A DNA stretch of 64,000 bases from the human T2T-CHM13v2.0 reference genome, Homo sapiens. Positions within the stretch are counted from its first letter, which is position 1. Each line of letters starts with the position of its first letter. The stretch lies in the NCBI RefSeq assembly GCF_009914755.1, contig NC_060932.1. One strand, given 5' to 3'. Made by a program: the position numbers and the translations under genes. This document shows positions 28,977-41,989 of this stretch, piece after piece. A model generated the notes under the pieces. The model was not told the origin of the DNA, made no database searches, and saw only the letters and a program-made list of their open reading frames with translations.

Positions 28977-29913
28977 CCCAGCTGCTGGAGATATTTTTCC
29001 CAAAAGAAAGCAGGTAGACTGTCTATTTCAGTCTTAGATGCTTCACATCATTCTCCTACTAGAAGACCTAAGCTGACACTGCTGGTTGTGGCAAAGGATA
29101 ATGTGAAACATACTCTATTCATTGACAGAAGAAGAACCTGGGGCACCCACTAATTTTAGAAGTCTCAGGGAATCAAATCTTTCAGCTGTTGACATATTTG
29201 ATCATATACTGTATCCAAGATCTTCCAGGGCTTTCCTCAGAAATATTACGTTTATTCAGTTACATCTTTCTTAAAGATGGTGGAGGACATTGTATTTTCT
29301 GCCCAAGGCCCCATTGCCCTGGTGATCAGCAATTCCATGTACTACCGCCCCTTTGATTTATTGATTTACTCCAGGAATAACTGGGCTACTGCTGTCTGCT
29401 TCTGCTTTTTCTTTCTTAGTGTCCTGCCTTTCTGCCCTCCAACCATTCTGGGGCAATAAGAAAGGGTTAGTCTTTAATCTGCCTCCTTTAGGATCCATCA
29501 GGATAAATTTCCCTTTTTCCCTCAATAGCCGAATGTTCCTAATAAGTCTTTGACTCTTTTACCATCATGTACCAGGCTTAACATTAGTGCACTCTGACAG
29601 AGGAGTGCTGTGTTAGCCTTGTTTCCTCTCCTCTCACATAAGCTATTTAATCATTTTTACTATCCAGCTCACATGCAAAAAATGTCTCAGACCTAGATCA
29701 AAGAAATCAGAGATGAATTCAAAGACACAAGACTCATAGATATTTTCTTAATTACTCAACAGTGATACCTACCAAATTATACATCTGAGCAAGTTTCCCT
29801 GCTATTCTTCAATAGAATTCACTCAAGACAGTGGTAATACTCAGCAACCTCATATGGGGTGAGAAGTACACTACATCTGAGAATCCCTGAACAATCAAAT
29901 CTTCTCCTTTTTA

Positions 29914-31189
29914 TTTTTATTTATTTTTATTTATTTTATTTATTTTTTATTATACTTTCAGTTCTAGGGTACATGTGCACAATGTGCAGGTTTGTTACAT
30001 ATGTATACATGTGCCATGTTGGTGTGCTGCACCCATTAACTCATCATTTACATTAGGTATAACTCCTAATGCTATCCCTTCCCCCTCCCCCCACCCCACG
30101 ACAGGCCCTGGGGTGTGATGTTCCCCTTCCTGTGTCCATGTGTTCTCTTTGTTCAATTCCCACCTATGAGTGAGAATATGCGGTGTTTGGTTTTCTGTTC
30201 TTGTGATAGTTTACTGAGAATGATGGTTTCCAGCTTCATCCATGTCCCTACAAAGGACATGAACTCATCATTTTTTATGGCTGCATAGTATTCCATGGTG
30301 TATATGTGCCACATTTTCTTAATCCAGTCTATCATTGATGGACATTTGGGTTGGTTCCAAGTCGTTGCTATTGTGAATAGTGCTGCAATAAACATACTTG
30401 TGCATGTGTCTTTATAGCAGCATGATTTATAATCCTTTGGGTATATACCCAGTAATAGGATGGCTGGGTCAAATGGTATTTCTAGTTCTAGATCCTCGAG
30501 GAATTGCCACACTGTCTTCCACAATGGTTGAACTAGTTTACAGTCCCACCAACAGTGTAAGTGTTCCTATTTCTCCACATCCTCTCCAGCATCTGTTGTT
30601 TCCTGACTTTTTAATGATCGCCATTCTAACTGGTGTGAGATGGTATCTCACTGTGGTTTTGATTTGCATTTCTTTGATGACAAGTGATGATGAGCATTTT
30701 TTTATAAATGGTACTGGGAAAACTGGATAGCCATATGTAGAAAGCTGAAACTGGATCCCTTCCTTACACCTTATACAAAAATTAATTCAAGATGGATTAA
30801 AGACTTACATGTTAGACCTAAAACCATAAAAACCCTAGAAGAAAACCTAGGCAATACCATTCAAGACATAGGCATGGATAAGGAGTTCATGTCTAAAACA
30901 CCAAAAGCAATGGCAACAAAAGCCAAAATTGATAGATGGGATCTAATTAAACTAAAGAGCTTCTGCACAGCAAAAGGAACTACCATCAGATTGAACAGGC
31001 AACCTACAGAATGGGAGAAAATTTTTGCAATCTACTCATCTGACAAAGGGCTAATATCCAGAATCTACAAAAAACTCAAACAAACTTGCAAGAAAAAAAC
31101 AAACAACAACCCCATCAAAATGTGGGCAAAGGATATGAACAGACATTTCTCAAAAGAAGACATTTATGCAGCCAACAGACACATGAAAA
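29914..31189 (-). mobile_element. 5'-truncated, 5'-inverted L1PA
   Basis: Poly-T tail and L1 3' end on the minus strand to 30703 (ORF 30153..30524), inverted piece 30704-31189. TSD tctccttttta at 29903-29913 and 31190-31200. Confidence 0.93.
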
Positions 31190-31712
31190 TCTCCTTTTTA
31201 AAAGGCCTTGTCAGAACCAAATTATGCTGCTATGTAAGGCAATAATTTTGCAACTCAACAAAGGCATATCCTATGTGCCCAAAGACCAGGTTCCAAGATT
31301 TGAAATTCTTCCGTGCCAGCAATTTTGCAATCTCAATTTATCTGAGACTCTTGTCATAAAACCTGGACATTTCTCATTTATGTTCTTTTAAGCTCTTCCC
31401 TGGGGCAGTCCTGGCCACAGAGTACCATAGGAATAATGGACATATAGATGGGATTTAACACTACAGAAGCAGGTGAAGTTGCTTGGAGTAAAGATGTTGA
31501 GTGAGGAGAGCAGATATCCCAGGACTGAGATACAAATTATCCTAATATTTGAAGGTTGAGGAGAAGGAACAAGGAGAGTCTCTTAAGGAAGACTGACAAA
31601 GAGTGGTCAGAGAAGTAGTAATAGAATCAGAAATGTTTGAAAACAAAGAAACAGACAACTGTATTGAATGTCTCTGAAAGTTCAAGTAAAAACAGCAATT
31701 AAAAAGTATCTA

Positions 31713-32053
<341 letters not shown>

Positions 32054-33570
32054 CTATCTATTGTGTTTGTCAGTACCAGAATGGAAAACAAAAACAAAGT
32101 AGAATAGGCTTGGAGAGGAAATGGGCTGAAAGAAGTAGAGATAGTGTACATAGAAAAGATTTTCAAGAAGCTTGCTCATAAAGGAGAGTTAAAACAGCAA
32201 GACCAAGAATGGTGGCTGGGCATGTGAGTCAGAACATAGTCATAACTATTATTGTTATAAATATAATGCTGTAATTTCAGCATTGTGCTAAGCATTTCAC
32301 ATGTTTTAGTCTGTGACACATACTATAATTATCTTCAATTTACCTATAAGGAAATTGAGGCACAGACACTGAATAATATCCCTCAGGCCACCCTGCTGAG
32401 ATTTCAATGCAGCAGTCCAGTCCAGTGCTTGCATTCCTAATCACTGCACTTCTCTGTTTCACCCTGTGATGATGGGCATATTTGGAAGGTCCAGAGTTTC
32501 TGCTATGGCTTTGCTACATGTGTTCTATGTGACTTCTCAAAACTCAACTTTTATAAGCTTGTCATCTGTATGTACAACACGTCTATTCCTGGATGTGTGG
32601 GGAAGAAAAAAGACTATAAAAACATTACTGTTACACAACACCTCCATTGGTTATGAATATGTTTGCAACTTAGAAACATTTCATCCATTCTTCAAAAGAA
32701 ACAAATAGACATTTCAAGAATTTTGAAGACCATTCTTATTTCTATCCCTCAGAAGGCAAGGAAAAATATACACTCACATAAAGAAAATGATTCTAATAGA
32801 GATAGAGTGTTCCATGGGGATCTGGTTGAAAACACTTAAAGTCAAACATGATAAAGCTCCTAAAAAGAACCTTGAGAAACAACTGCTCTGACAGAGAGGG
32901 GGAAGATGACACATTCGGGTACCCTGGGCTGGAGTGATGTTATCCTGAGAGGGAGTGTGATGGAAAGATGGATAACATGGAGTCTTCTTAAAGGACATTG
33001 AGAATGCTGCTGGAGGGAAGCATCATCTCAGGGGTCCACAGTGGTGGGACCTCAAGTCCTTTTTCTGGGATTCTAAAAGCATTCATGTCCCTCTGCTGTA
33101 GAAATATTGTTCTAGACTAGAGAAGTTACTCTACATCAGTTTTAAATGAGTGCTATTTTCCTCTCTTGCTACTGCTTTAGCACATCCTTGTTACTTGCAA
33201 ATAATAGGATGTGCTGCTTTTATCTAATTTTTAGAATAGAATAGGACTTCATGATGCCAACCATTTTTCTAACTTTTGCAGTTATACAGTCACAGAAGTA
33301 TTGCCTCCAATCCTAGCTCTTTAGTCTTGTAGACCTGCAGATTAAAGACACAACTTCACAACATGACATGCTGTGAAACCTAGATATTTGATAAATGAAT
33401 ATGCATTCTTTATAATATGGCCTTTGCTTGCATTTTCACCTCCTGCCATTTGCTACTTCCTTCCAGGGACATACCTGCAAATAGACACATATACTAGCAG
33501 TTTCTATGACAGGTTTGTCTCTCTGATTTGTGTGTGTTGCCTCCTTTATGTATTGTTCCCTGTTGCTTGC

Positions 33571-34036
33571 TGTCGTAGTCCATTCAGGCTTCTATAACAG
33601 AGTTGCAGACACTATATGTCTTACAAACAACAGAAATTTAGCTCTCACAGTTCTGGAGGGTGAGAATTCCAAGACCCAGGAGCCAGAAGATACGGTGTCT
33701 GGTGAGGGCCCAGTTGCTGTTTTAAAGAGAGCTGTCTTCTAACTGTGTCTACACACGGCAGGAAGTGTGAGAAAAAAGGAGCTCTTCGAGGTTTTTTTTT
33801 TTTTTGAGACGGAATATCGCTCTGTCGCCCAAGCTGGAGCGCAGTGGCGCGATCTCGGCTCACTGCAAGCTTCGCCTCCCGGGTTCACGCCATTCTCCTG
33901 CCTCAGCCTCCATTCATGCTGGTTCTTCCTGGTAACCTAGTCACCTCCCAAGGGCCTCACCTTCTAATGCCTTCACACTGGGGGTTAGGATTTCAAAATA
34001 TGGATTTTGAGCTGACACAGACATTCAGACGATAGT
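33571..34036 (-). mobile_element. MLT1A-like MaLR solo LTR interrupted by an Alu fragment
   Basis: aaacaacagaaatttagctctcacagttctggagg and gggggttaggatttcaaaatatggatttt...acattcagac resemble MLT1A. Confidence 0.75.
33792..33911 (-). mobile_element. 5'-truncated AluY-like right-arm fragment
   Basis: Poly-T, then CpG-rich ggcgcgatctcggctcactgcaagct...cccgggttcacgccattctcc, which carries AluY diagnostics. Confidence 0.88.
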
Positions 34037-34916
34037 ATCTGCTGACTAACTTTTCATTCATTTGATAAAATACAGTTCACATAACTCAGCTTCCCGAAGT
34101 CCCTTGGGGATCTCTCTCAGTGAAGCTCTACATGTTTCTTTCATAGTATTTTCTGTTGAAGACAGGGATCATGCCACATTCATCATTGTGGCACGAAGTC
34201 CAAGGCAAAGTGTCCAGGATGTAATGAGTAATGAATACATATTTGCCCTATAACCAGCTTATACATGATGAACCCATGAATAGAACTCAAGGTCTCTAGG
34301 TGTCTACCGGTCCTATAATGTGCAATGTACCAATCAGGGAACAGGGATACTTTAGTCAGCATCCGGATGGGAAAGATGGCACTGTAAATGGAGTAATTGA
34401 GAAGAGTGGCAAAGGGAATTTTTTACAAAGGTGTAGCCAAGGTTAAGGGAAACCATCAAGGGGTGATAAACATGCAGAGCAGTTACAGCAGAGACTGTAG
34501 GGCCGATGTGAGGACCGTTTACCAAACCTGCAGAGAGCCACATACAAGAGCTCCCTGAGAGGAACTGTGGCCTAGGAGGTGGGAAAACAACATGCTGCCA
34601 GTCAGGGAGGGAAGCCAAGAGGTCATCAGCTCACTTGCATCTCCTACTGTTCCTTTGTTCTCCTACAGGTGCTTCCCATTGGTCAATCCCAGCAGGAAAC
34701 CAGTGGGTAAAGCATCCAGTTGTTGTTGTCTATAAAATTCAGACTCCTGAGGCTCTGAACATGGTGAAGCCAGATAGACATGGAATTAGAGGAGCAAACA
34801 AATATATATAGCACAAAGAAAGGGACTGAACTCACTTCTTCAGCAAATGAAGGCTGATGGAGGGATTCTGGAGACCAGGGTAAGATAAACTGGAAAAGGT
34901 TCAAAAACAGCAAGTA

Positions 34917-35216
34917 GGCCAGGCATGGTGGCTCACACCTGTAATCCCATTACTTTGGGAGGCTGAGGCTGGCAGATCACTTGAGGTCAGGAGTTTGAGA
35001 CCAGCCTGGCCAACATGGCAAAACTCTGTCTCTACTAAAATAACAAACAAACAAACAAACAAAAAGCCAGGAATGGTGGCAAGTGCCTGTAATCCCAGCT
35101 ACTTAGGAGGCTGAGGCACAAGAATTGCTTGAACCCTGGAGATGGAGATTGCAGTGAGCCAAGATGGCACCATTGCACTCTAGCTTGGGTGATGGAGTGA
35201 GACTGTCTCAAAAAAA
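34917..35216 (+). mobile_element. Alu (AluS-like)
   Basis: Full dimer, TSD aaaaacagcaag. Confidence 0.92.
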
Positions 35217-37785
35217 CAGCAAGCAGAATACAGACAGTCCTAATAAAGCGTCAAGAGTAAAAAGCTGAGAAGAATAGTAGAAACCAGATGTTATGCAATG
35301 CAACATGAACCTAGCATTGAACAGGCGATTTTTAATAAGAAATAGAGAATAGAGCCAAGAGAAGTTCTCTAAGACAATAGAGTTGGTTGTAGGGACTTTT
35401 TATAAAATACCTGCAAGTAAATAGGTTTATTTACAGGTGAAAGGAGAGCTGATGAGTCTGCAGAGCTGGTTTTGACAGCTACAAAAAGGTCTAAGATATG
35501 ATTTCTAACTTTAGGAACTCTCTAAATTGCTAAGGCAAACAGTGCCAGATGTTAATTCAAGAGTGCAGTCCACATCTTAGCATCTCAGGTCTCTGAGGAC
35601 GCTCCTGTAATTGCCAATCCTTATCTCTGAAAACCATTTTTGAAACATTTCCAGCAACAATACCCTGACATTCTTTGGCACCACAGGCATCATGCTTGCA
35701 AAGTGGATATTTATGCAATTATATTTTATGCTATCCAAAAAGAACTTCCAGTAAGTTGGTTGTTGTGGATTTATTTACGTTTTAATCAAATCGCTACACA
35801 TGAGGCACGACTCGACATTTTATTTTCAGTCACTGTCAGCTCAATCAAGGAAAAGGTCATTTGCACAGGTAATGGTTACTCTAGAAACAAGTTTCCCCCC
35901 TTTCCCTCTGCACCACCATTTCTAGGCTTGTTGCTCTCCTATAGTACGGCAGCTCCAGAATTTTTTAATGGCAAGAGACAGAAACCCAACTCAGACTAAT
36001 GGAAGCAGGAAAGGAAACTGGGAAACACAGGACTGCAGTGGGATTGGAATGCATCTTGATGCGGGGCCTGAAGGGCTCTGCCTTCTCTAAGTTCCTGTTG
36101 TCTTTGTTTGGCTCTTTTCTGTAGTCCCTCATCCCATAATGGGAATGATGATCACCTGCAATTCCAAACTCTCATCCTCCCACTTTACCAGTTCCAGGGA
36201 TAAATACAGTGTCCCTTGCTGGCTGTGACAAAATTTCCTGTGATTGTCCCCAAGTTGCTCCATCTTGGTCTTGTGCTACACTTGGTCTTGTGCTCAGTCT
36301 TGGTTTTGTGTGGCAGGAGTAGGGGTAAGACAAGGTGTGAGTAAAGATTCCATTAACTCATGGAATTGCTCTCTTTCTCTGTGTCTCTTTTTCTCTCTTT
36401 TCCATCTATCTACCTACCTGTTCATCTATCTAAACATTGATATGTCTTTGAATGGAATACTAGTATTCTGAATTATGTTGACTTTGCATTGAACTGAATG
36501 GCTGAATGGAAGAAAGGAAAATAAATGAAAAGACACAAAGGGCAAAGGTATGCCATTACTCTACCTTCATCCTGCCCAGGTAACATGATACATCACAATT
36601 ACTTGGAGCATTCAATCTTACAAGTCCTAGGCCTCAATCTTGTTCTTCTACCCAGTGGCCTAAGATCGGTGGGATCTTGGATATAAATATCATAAGGCAC
36701 CAATATCCATCTTGTTTAATTGTAAAATTCCTCCTACACTTCTTTTTTCCTTCTGTTCTCTCTCACCTCCCAGTTTCACAGTTAACTTAGGCATGCAAAC
36801 TTGTTCTTGCCAAGTGATTCAGCCCAGGGAAGCTGAAGTATGTCAATGCTGCAAAAATAAATTTATTTGCAGTTTCATATCTCATCTTAAAAATTTATCT
36901 AAATGTTTCAATCTATTCCACATTATAGTGTGTTTATTTTAATATAAAATAATGTGTCCATCTGGCCTTTAAGTAAAACTGGTAGTAGAGAAAGACAGGC
37001 CGTGCTTTCCTTTGCTTTGAACCTCCCAGGCACACTGGTCTGAATATCTCAATCCAATAAACAAGGCTGTGTTTAGTGGTTCACACAGAAACCAAACAAA
37101 GGTAAGAACAAGAAGATATAATCACTGGCTAAAAATCAATCCTATTGACTCATGATCATTTTCATATTCACTGAAATTTCACTTTCCCTGAGTGTCTTGA
37201 CAATTACTGGAATTTCCCAAATGAGAGACTAGCAATTACAATTTTCCAAGAAGACACTTCCATGAGGTATTTCAAATTGTTATAATGTCCATGGTGATCT
37301 TATTATCTATTTATTTTTTATCAAGTTGACATTTTTGAGTTGAAAAAGGCTTGTGTTTATTATTTAAAGCAAGATATTTTTGTTAAAGTGAGACACTATA
37401 CCTGGCAATTTGACAGTGCAGTGCCATTAGCCAATTTGAGAACATAAGGTTGTTCAGGCTGCCAGAATAAGTGCATGTGTGTTCTTGTACACTGCTGTCT
37501 TGCCATCATTACTGTGCTGCCTGGGAGGAATGCCTTTGACCAGTGTTCTCTACTACCCCTGGTTCTGTGTACATGGAAGGTCCTCCTTGTCCTTTATTCT
37601 CCTTGGCCACAGCTGGTGCGGATGTTAGAGACCGTGTCTTCTTCTGGAGCTGTAATAGCCTTTGAAGCCTAGCTCTTTTTCTTCAAAGGTTTGGCACCTA
37701 AGGATTGTTTTAGATCTCATGAAATCAAAGGATTTTTTAGACCAGAGTTGTGGTTTCTTTAGCAATGTAATCTCTTCAAAAATTA

Positions 37786-38136
<351 letters not shown>

Positions 38137-38494
38137 TCACAAAGTTCTTGGATAGGAAGAGTTCTCAGACCCTGTGTGTTGCATGCATGCTCAGCGCCTC
38201 CTGCCCCTCCCCACTTTCATCCCCTCTTTCTCAAGTCAGTGGCTATTTCTTTGAGACTCTCTGGAACTGTAGGTGGGAAGTCTACATTGTTCATCCAATC
38301 TTTGCCCCAAATCACTTTATTTAACTGAGAGGTTTTATTAGACCTTTTCTTCAATGTCTTGTAATATCTCAGTTTTAACTATTTGCCATCTTCTAATGGA
38401 GCAAAACTAACTCCAATTTCAGTACTCTCTCAATTGCCTTTCAGCTCTGCTTGGCTTATTCTTATCTATTTTTCTCTGATATTTATCAGAGAAA

Positions 38495-38646
38495 TATATT
38501 TCTTCTATATTTATCTTTGATAAATATATATTTATTTATATATATGTATATATTTTATAAATGTGTATATATACACATACATATTTGTGTGTGTTATATA
38601 TATACACACAAATATATATATTTGTATTAACCTTAACTAGGAAATC

Positions 38647-38679
<33 letters not shown>

Positions 38680-38745
38680 AAGTTAATACAAGTATATATA
38701 TTTGTATATATTTATATATATATTAAAATATATATATATTTTAAT
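38495..38745. repeat. (TA)n/(CA)n compound microsatellite with inverted repeats
   Basis: Directly visible. Confidence 0.9.
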
Positions 38746-39350
38746 TTTAGCCCACATGGCTCTAAAGCCAAAGTAATGTATATCTTCATGACTCATTATG
38801 CACCATTTTATTTTAGCTCATTTAAATTTTACATGATTTATTTTAGAGTTTGAGCTTACCCAATGGGAAGAGACATTAATGAAAGTTCTCAACATGGGAC
38901 AAATCTGGTTCTTGCCTAAGGAAAATTTTTCCTAAATGCCATAGAGGAATGATTGGATCACTGACTGAAACATTTGCCAGGAAGTACATCTGTATAAGAA
39001 AATATTGTCATTCATTCACAAATTAATTTATTCATTCACCAAAATTTAATAAGTGCTTAGTATGTGCCAGACACTGAACTAAGCAAAAAAAAAAAGCTAT
39101 AAATAATTCATTCTTCCTATAGGAGTAGGAACAGATTGTATGCTTGTGGAGTCAAATTTATTATTATCCATATTTTTATGAATAAAAAATTGGAGTTTGA
39201 TAAGTTACCTTAGATGCTCTACATCCTCCATTTAGAAAAGGAAATTATAGAGTCAATACAGGCATCCAGGGCTATCTCATGACAGCAGATACACTTTCAA
39301 CTCCTTCGCTAAATCAGTGAGGTTGCAGGTAGGAACAGCTGATAGACTCA

Positions 39351-39704
<354 letters not shown>

Positions 39705-41686
39705 CTAGAAACAAAAACATGGATGGACAAAGTATAAAGAAACACAGAGATAATGTAGTGCACTAGAGCGCTAGAGCTGGTAAAAATTGAGCACCATTAA
39801 CACTTATAGGCCTGAAAAGAAAAGACAGGGGGCAATTACTGGAAGCCAGAGAACGGATGCTACCTGATGGAAAATAAGAACTTTGGTCACGGGTACAGCC
39901 AGCCCACTGTGACCCCACTGGGAGGGAGTCAGAAAATAAACATTCAAAACGTCCCTTCCTTTAGTCTCCTGCCATTGTTCCTCATTGGCCAAAACAAGTC
40001 AGAACCTGATAGCAAGGGAGTCTATTGATGAGTTAATTTTTATAGTTCAGCCTCCTGAATAACAGAAGAGAGCAGGAAAAGGAGAAAGGTGAAGTTGAGG
40101 GGAACATCAGAAGATATACAGGGTAAAAAGTGGAGTGGAAAGTCTCTGAGATGGTAAGGAAGACAGCTAGCATGACCACCTTAAGTAAGTGGTAAACTCA
40201 CCTAATTCCACAGCATTTTTTTGAAAACGATATTTATCAAGATTTTACAATGGATCCAACTTAATTTTCACAGAAACAACACTTTTATGATAAATATAAC
40301 TTTGCTTTATTAATATTTAATTATTTTATTATAGGCATACCTGAACTGGCATAAAGAGGTTCGGGATCATACATATTTGACCCTTAGCACATGCCTCAAT
40401 GAGCGATAGCTGAAGCCTGCAGGCATACCACAGGTGTGGTATCCCGCGATGTCAGTATCCAGTGCGATGGTCATGGTGGTTTACCAAATGATGACGCATG
40501 TTGGTGAAACCAGCAAATCCGATTTAAAGGGCTGGGAAGAGTGCTTCTAGTGGTGTTTTGTGTGGAGCACCTGGCTGTTTTTGCTTGGTACAAAGCAAAA
40601 ACAGTTAAGTAGAGAAACATTTATCTGGCCAGATTACTCAGTCATTTTTCCTAATTTTTTCTTCCTCTAGTATCAACAGCCTTCAGCTTCTTATCGGAGC
40701 TGTCACTGGTGGTTAATATCTGTGTGGTCCTCATGTCTGAACATTTCACAGGTCAGCACCTCCTCTACTGCATGCTCAGTCCATTTTAACAGATCAGTTT
40801 TGCAGGCAACATAAATGATTAATGGATCTTGCGGGGTAATCTAGCAGCTTGTTTAATGTTTCTGACCTAGGTGCTTTAAAACTCATTACTGGTACCTATT
40901 GAAGCTTTTCTAATGGATTTTAAAATAGATTTCACTACTGTTAACATGTTTCTGCTCTTATGAGGTCTTCATTTTCATGTACCTTGTTTATATGTTGTTA
41001 GTTGTAATTGTTAGTCACTATCAAAAGACTTACATTTTTAAAAAAGTCAGTCTACATTCAGGGTGACAATTTATCATGTTCCACTTAGAAAAGAACGACA
41101 TTTAGTGCAAAGTTACGCGCCTAGGCAATGGGCATTTGGCACAAGTACACACATTTTAAAAGTAGAATTTCTGTTTTTATTATTTAAAGCCAGGTCTACA
41201 CTCAGATAGTGCCCTGGCCTATTCCTTACAACGGACATTGATTTTTCTCGTTCAACACGTTCTTCCACGCGGCTGTGATGAGGCTGCAAACCCGTTGTTC
41301 TGCCTCTCTTTTTTATGGGCAGGGACATGCTCTAGGCTGGCCCATCAGATAAACTATTTTCACCAATCACTGTGATTGATTCAAGAATGAGCATGTTACT
41401 CAAGCACATGGCCAATCGTTTTCTTGGAAGGTTTAATATATGGATGACAGAAGAGATTATGTATCTTTCTTCCTCTGGGATTACAAACAATAAAGGTGAT
41501 GGAAACTGGAGCTGTCATAGACACTCTTCCTTCATACACAGTGGAAGCCATCTGCACTAGGAGAGTGTAGGAATAACTCAGAAAGATAGGCTCGTAATTT
41601 AGTGCATAAAGAAAAAAAAACTTTATTACCATTCCTTTCTCTGATGGATAGTATAAAATCTAGAATCTTCTGCATTCCTTTATGAC

Positions 41687-41989
<303 letters not shown>

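Noticed and set aside
40412-40450. Resemblance of gcctgcaggcataccac to the 5' end of 5S rRNA / AmnSINE1
   Set aside because: Similarity stops after ~17 nt and there are no box A/C or downstream SINE matches.
40335-40550. Possible coding exon after ttattttattatAG
   Set aside because: All three forward frames hit stops and I recognise no protein similarity on either strand.
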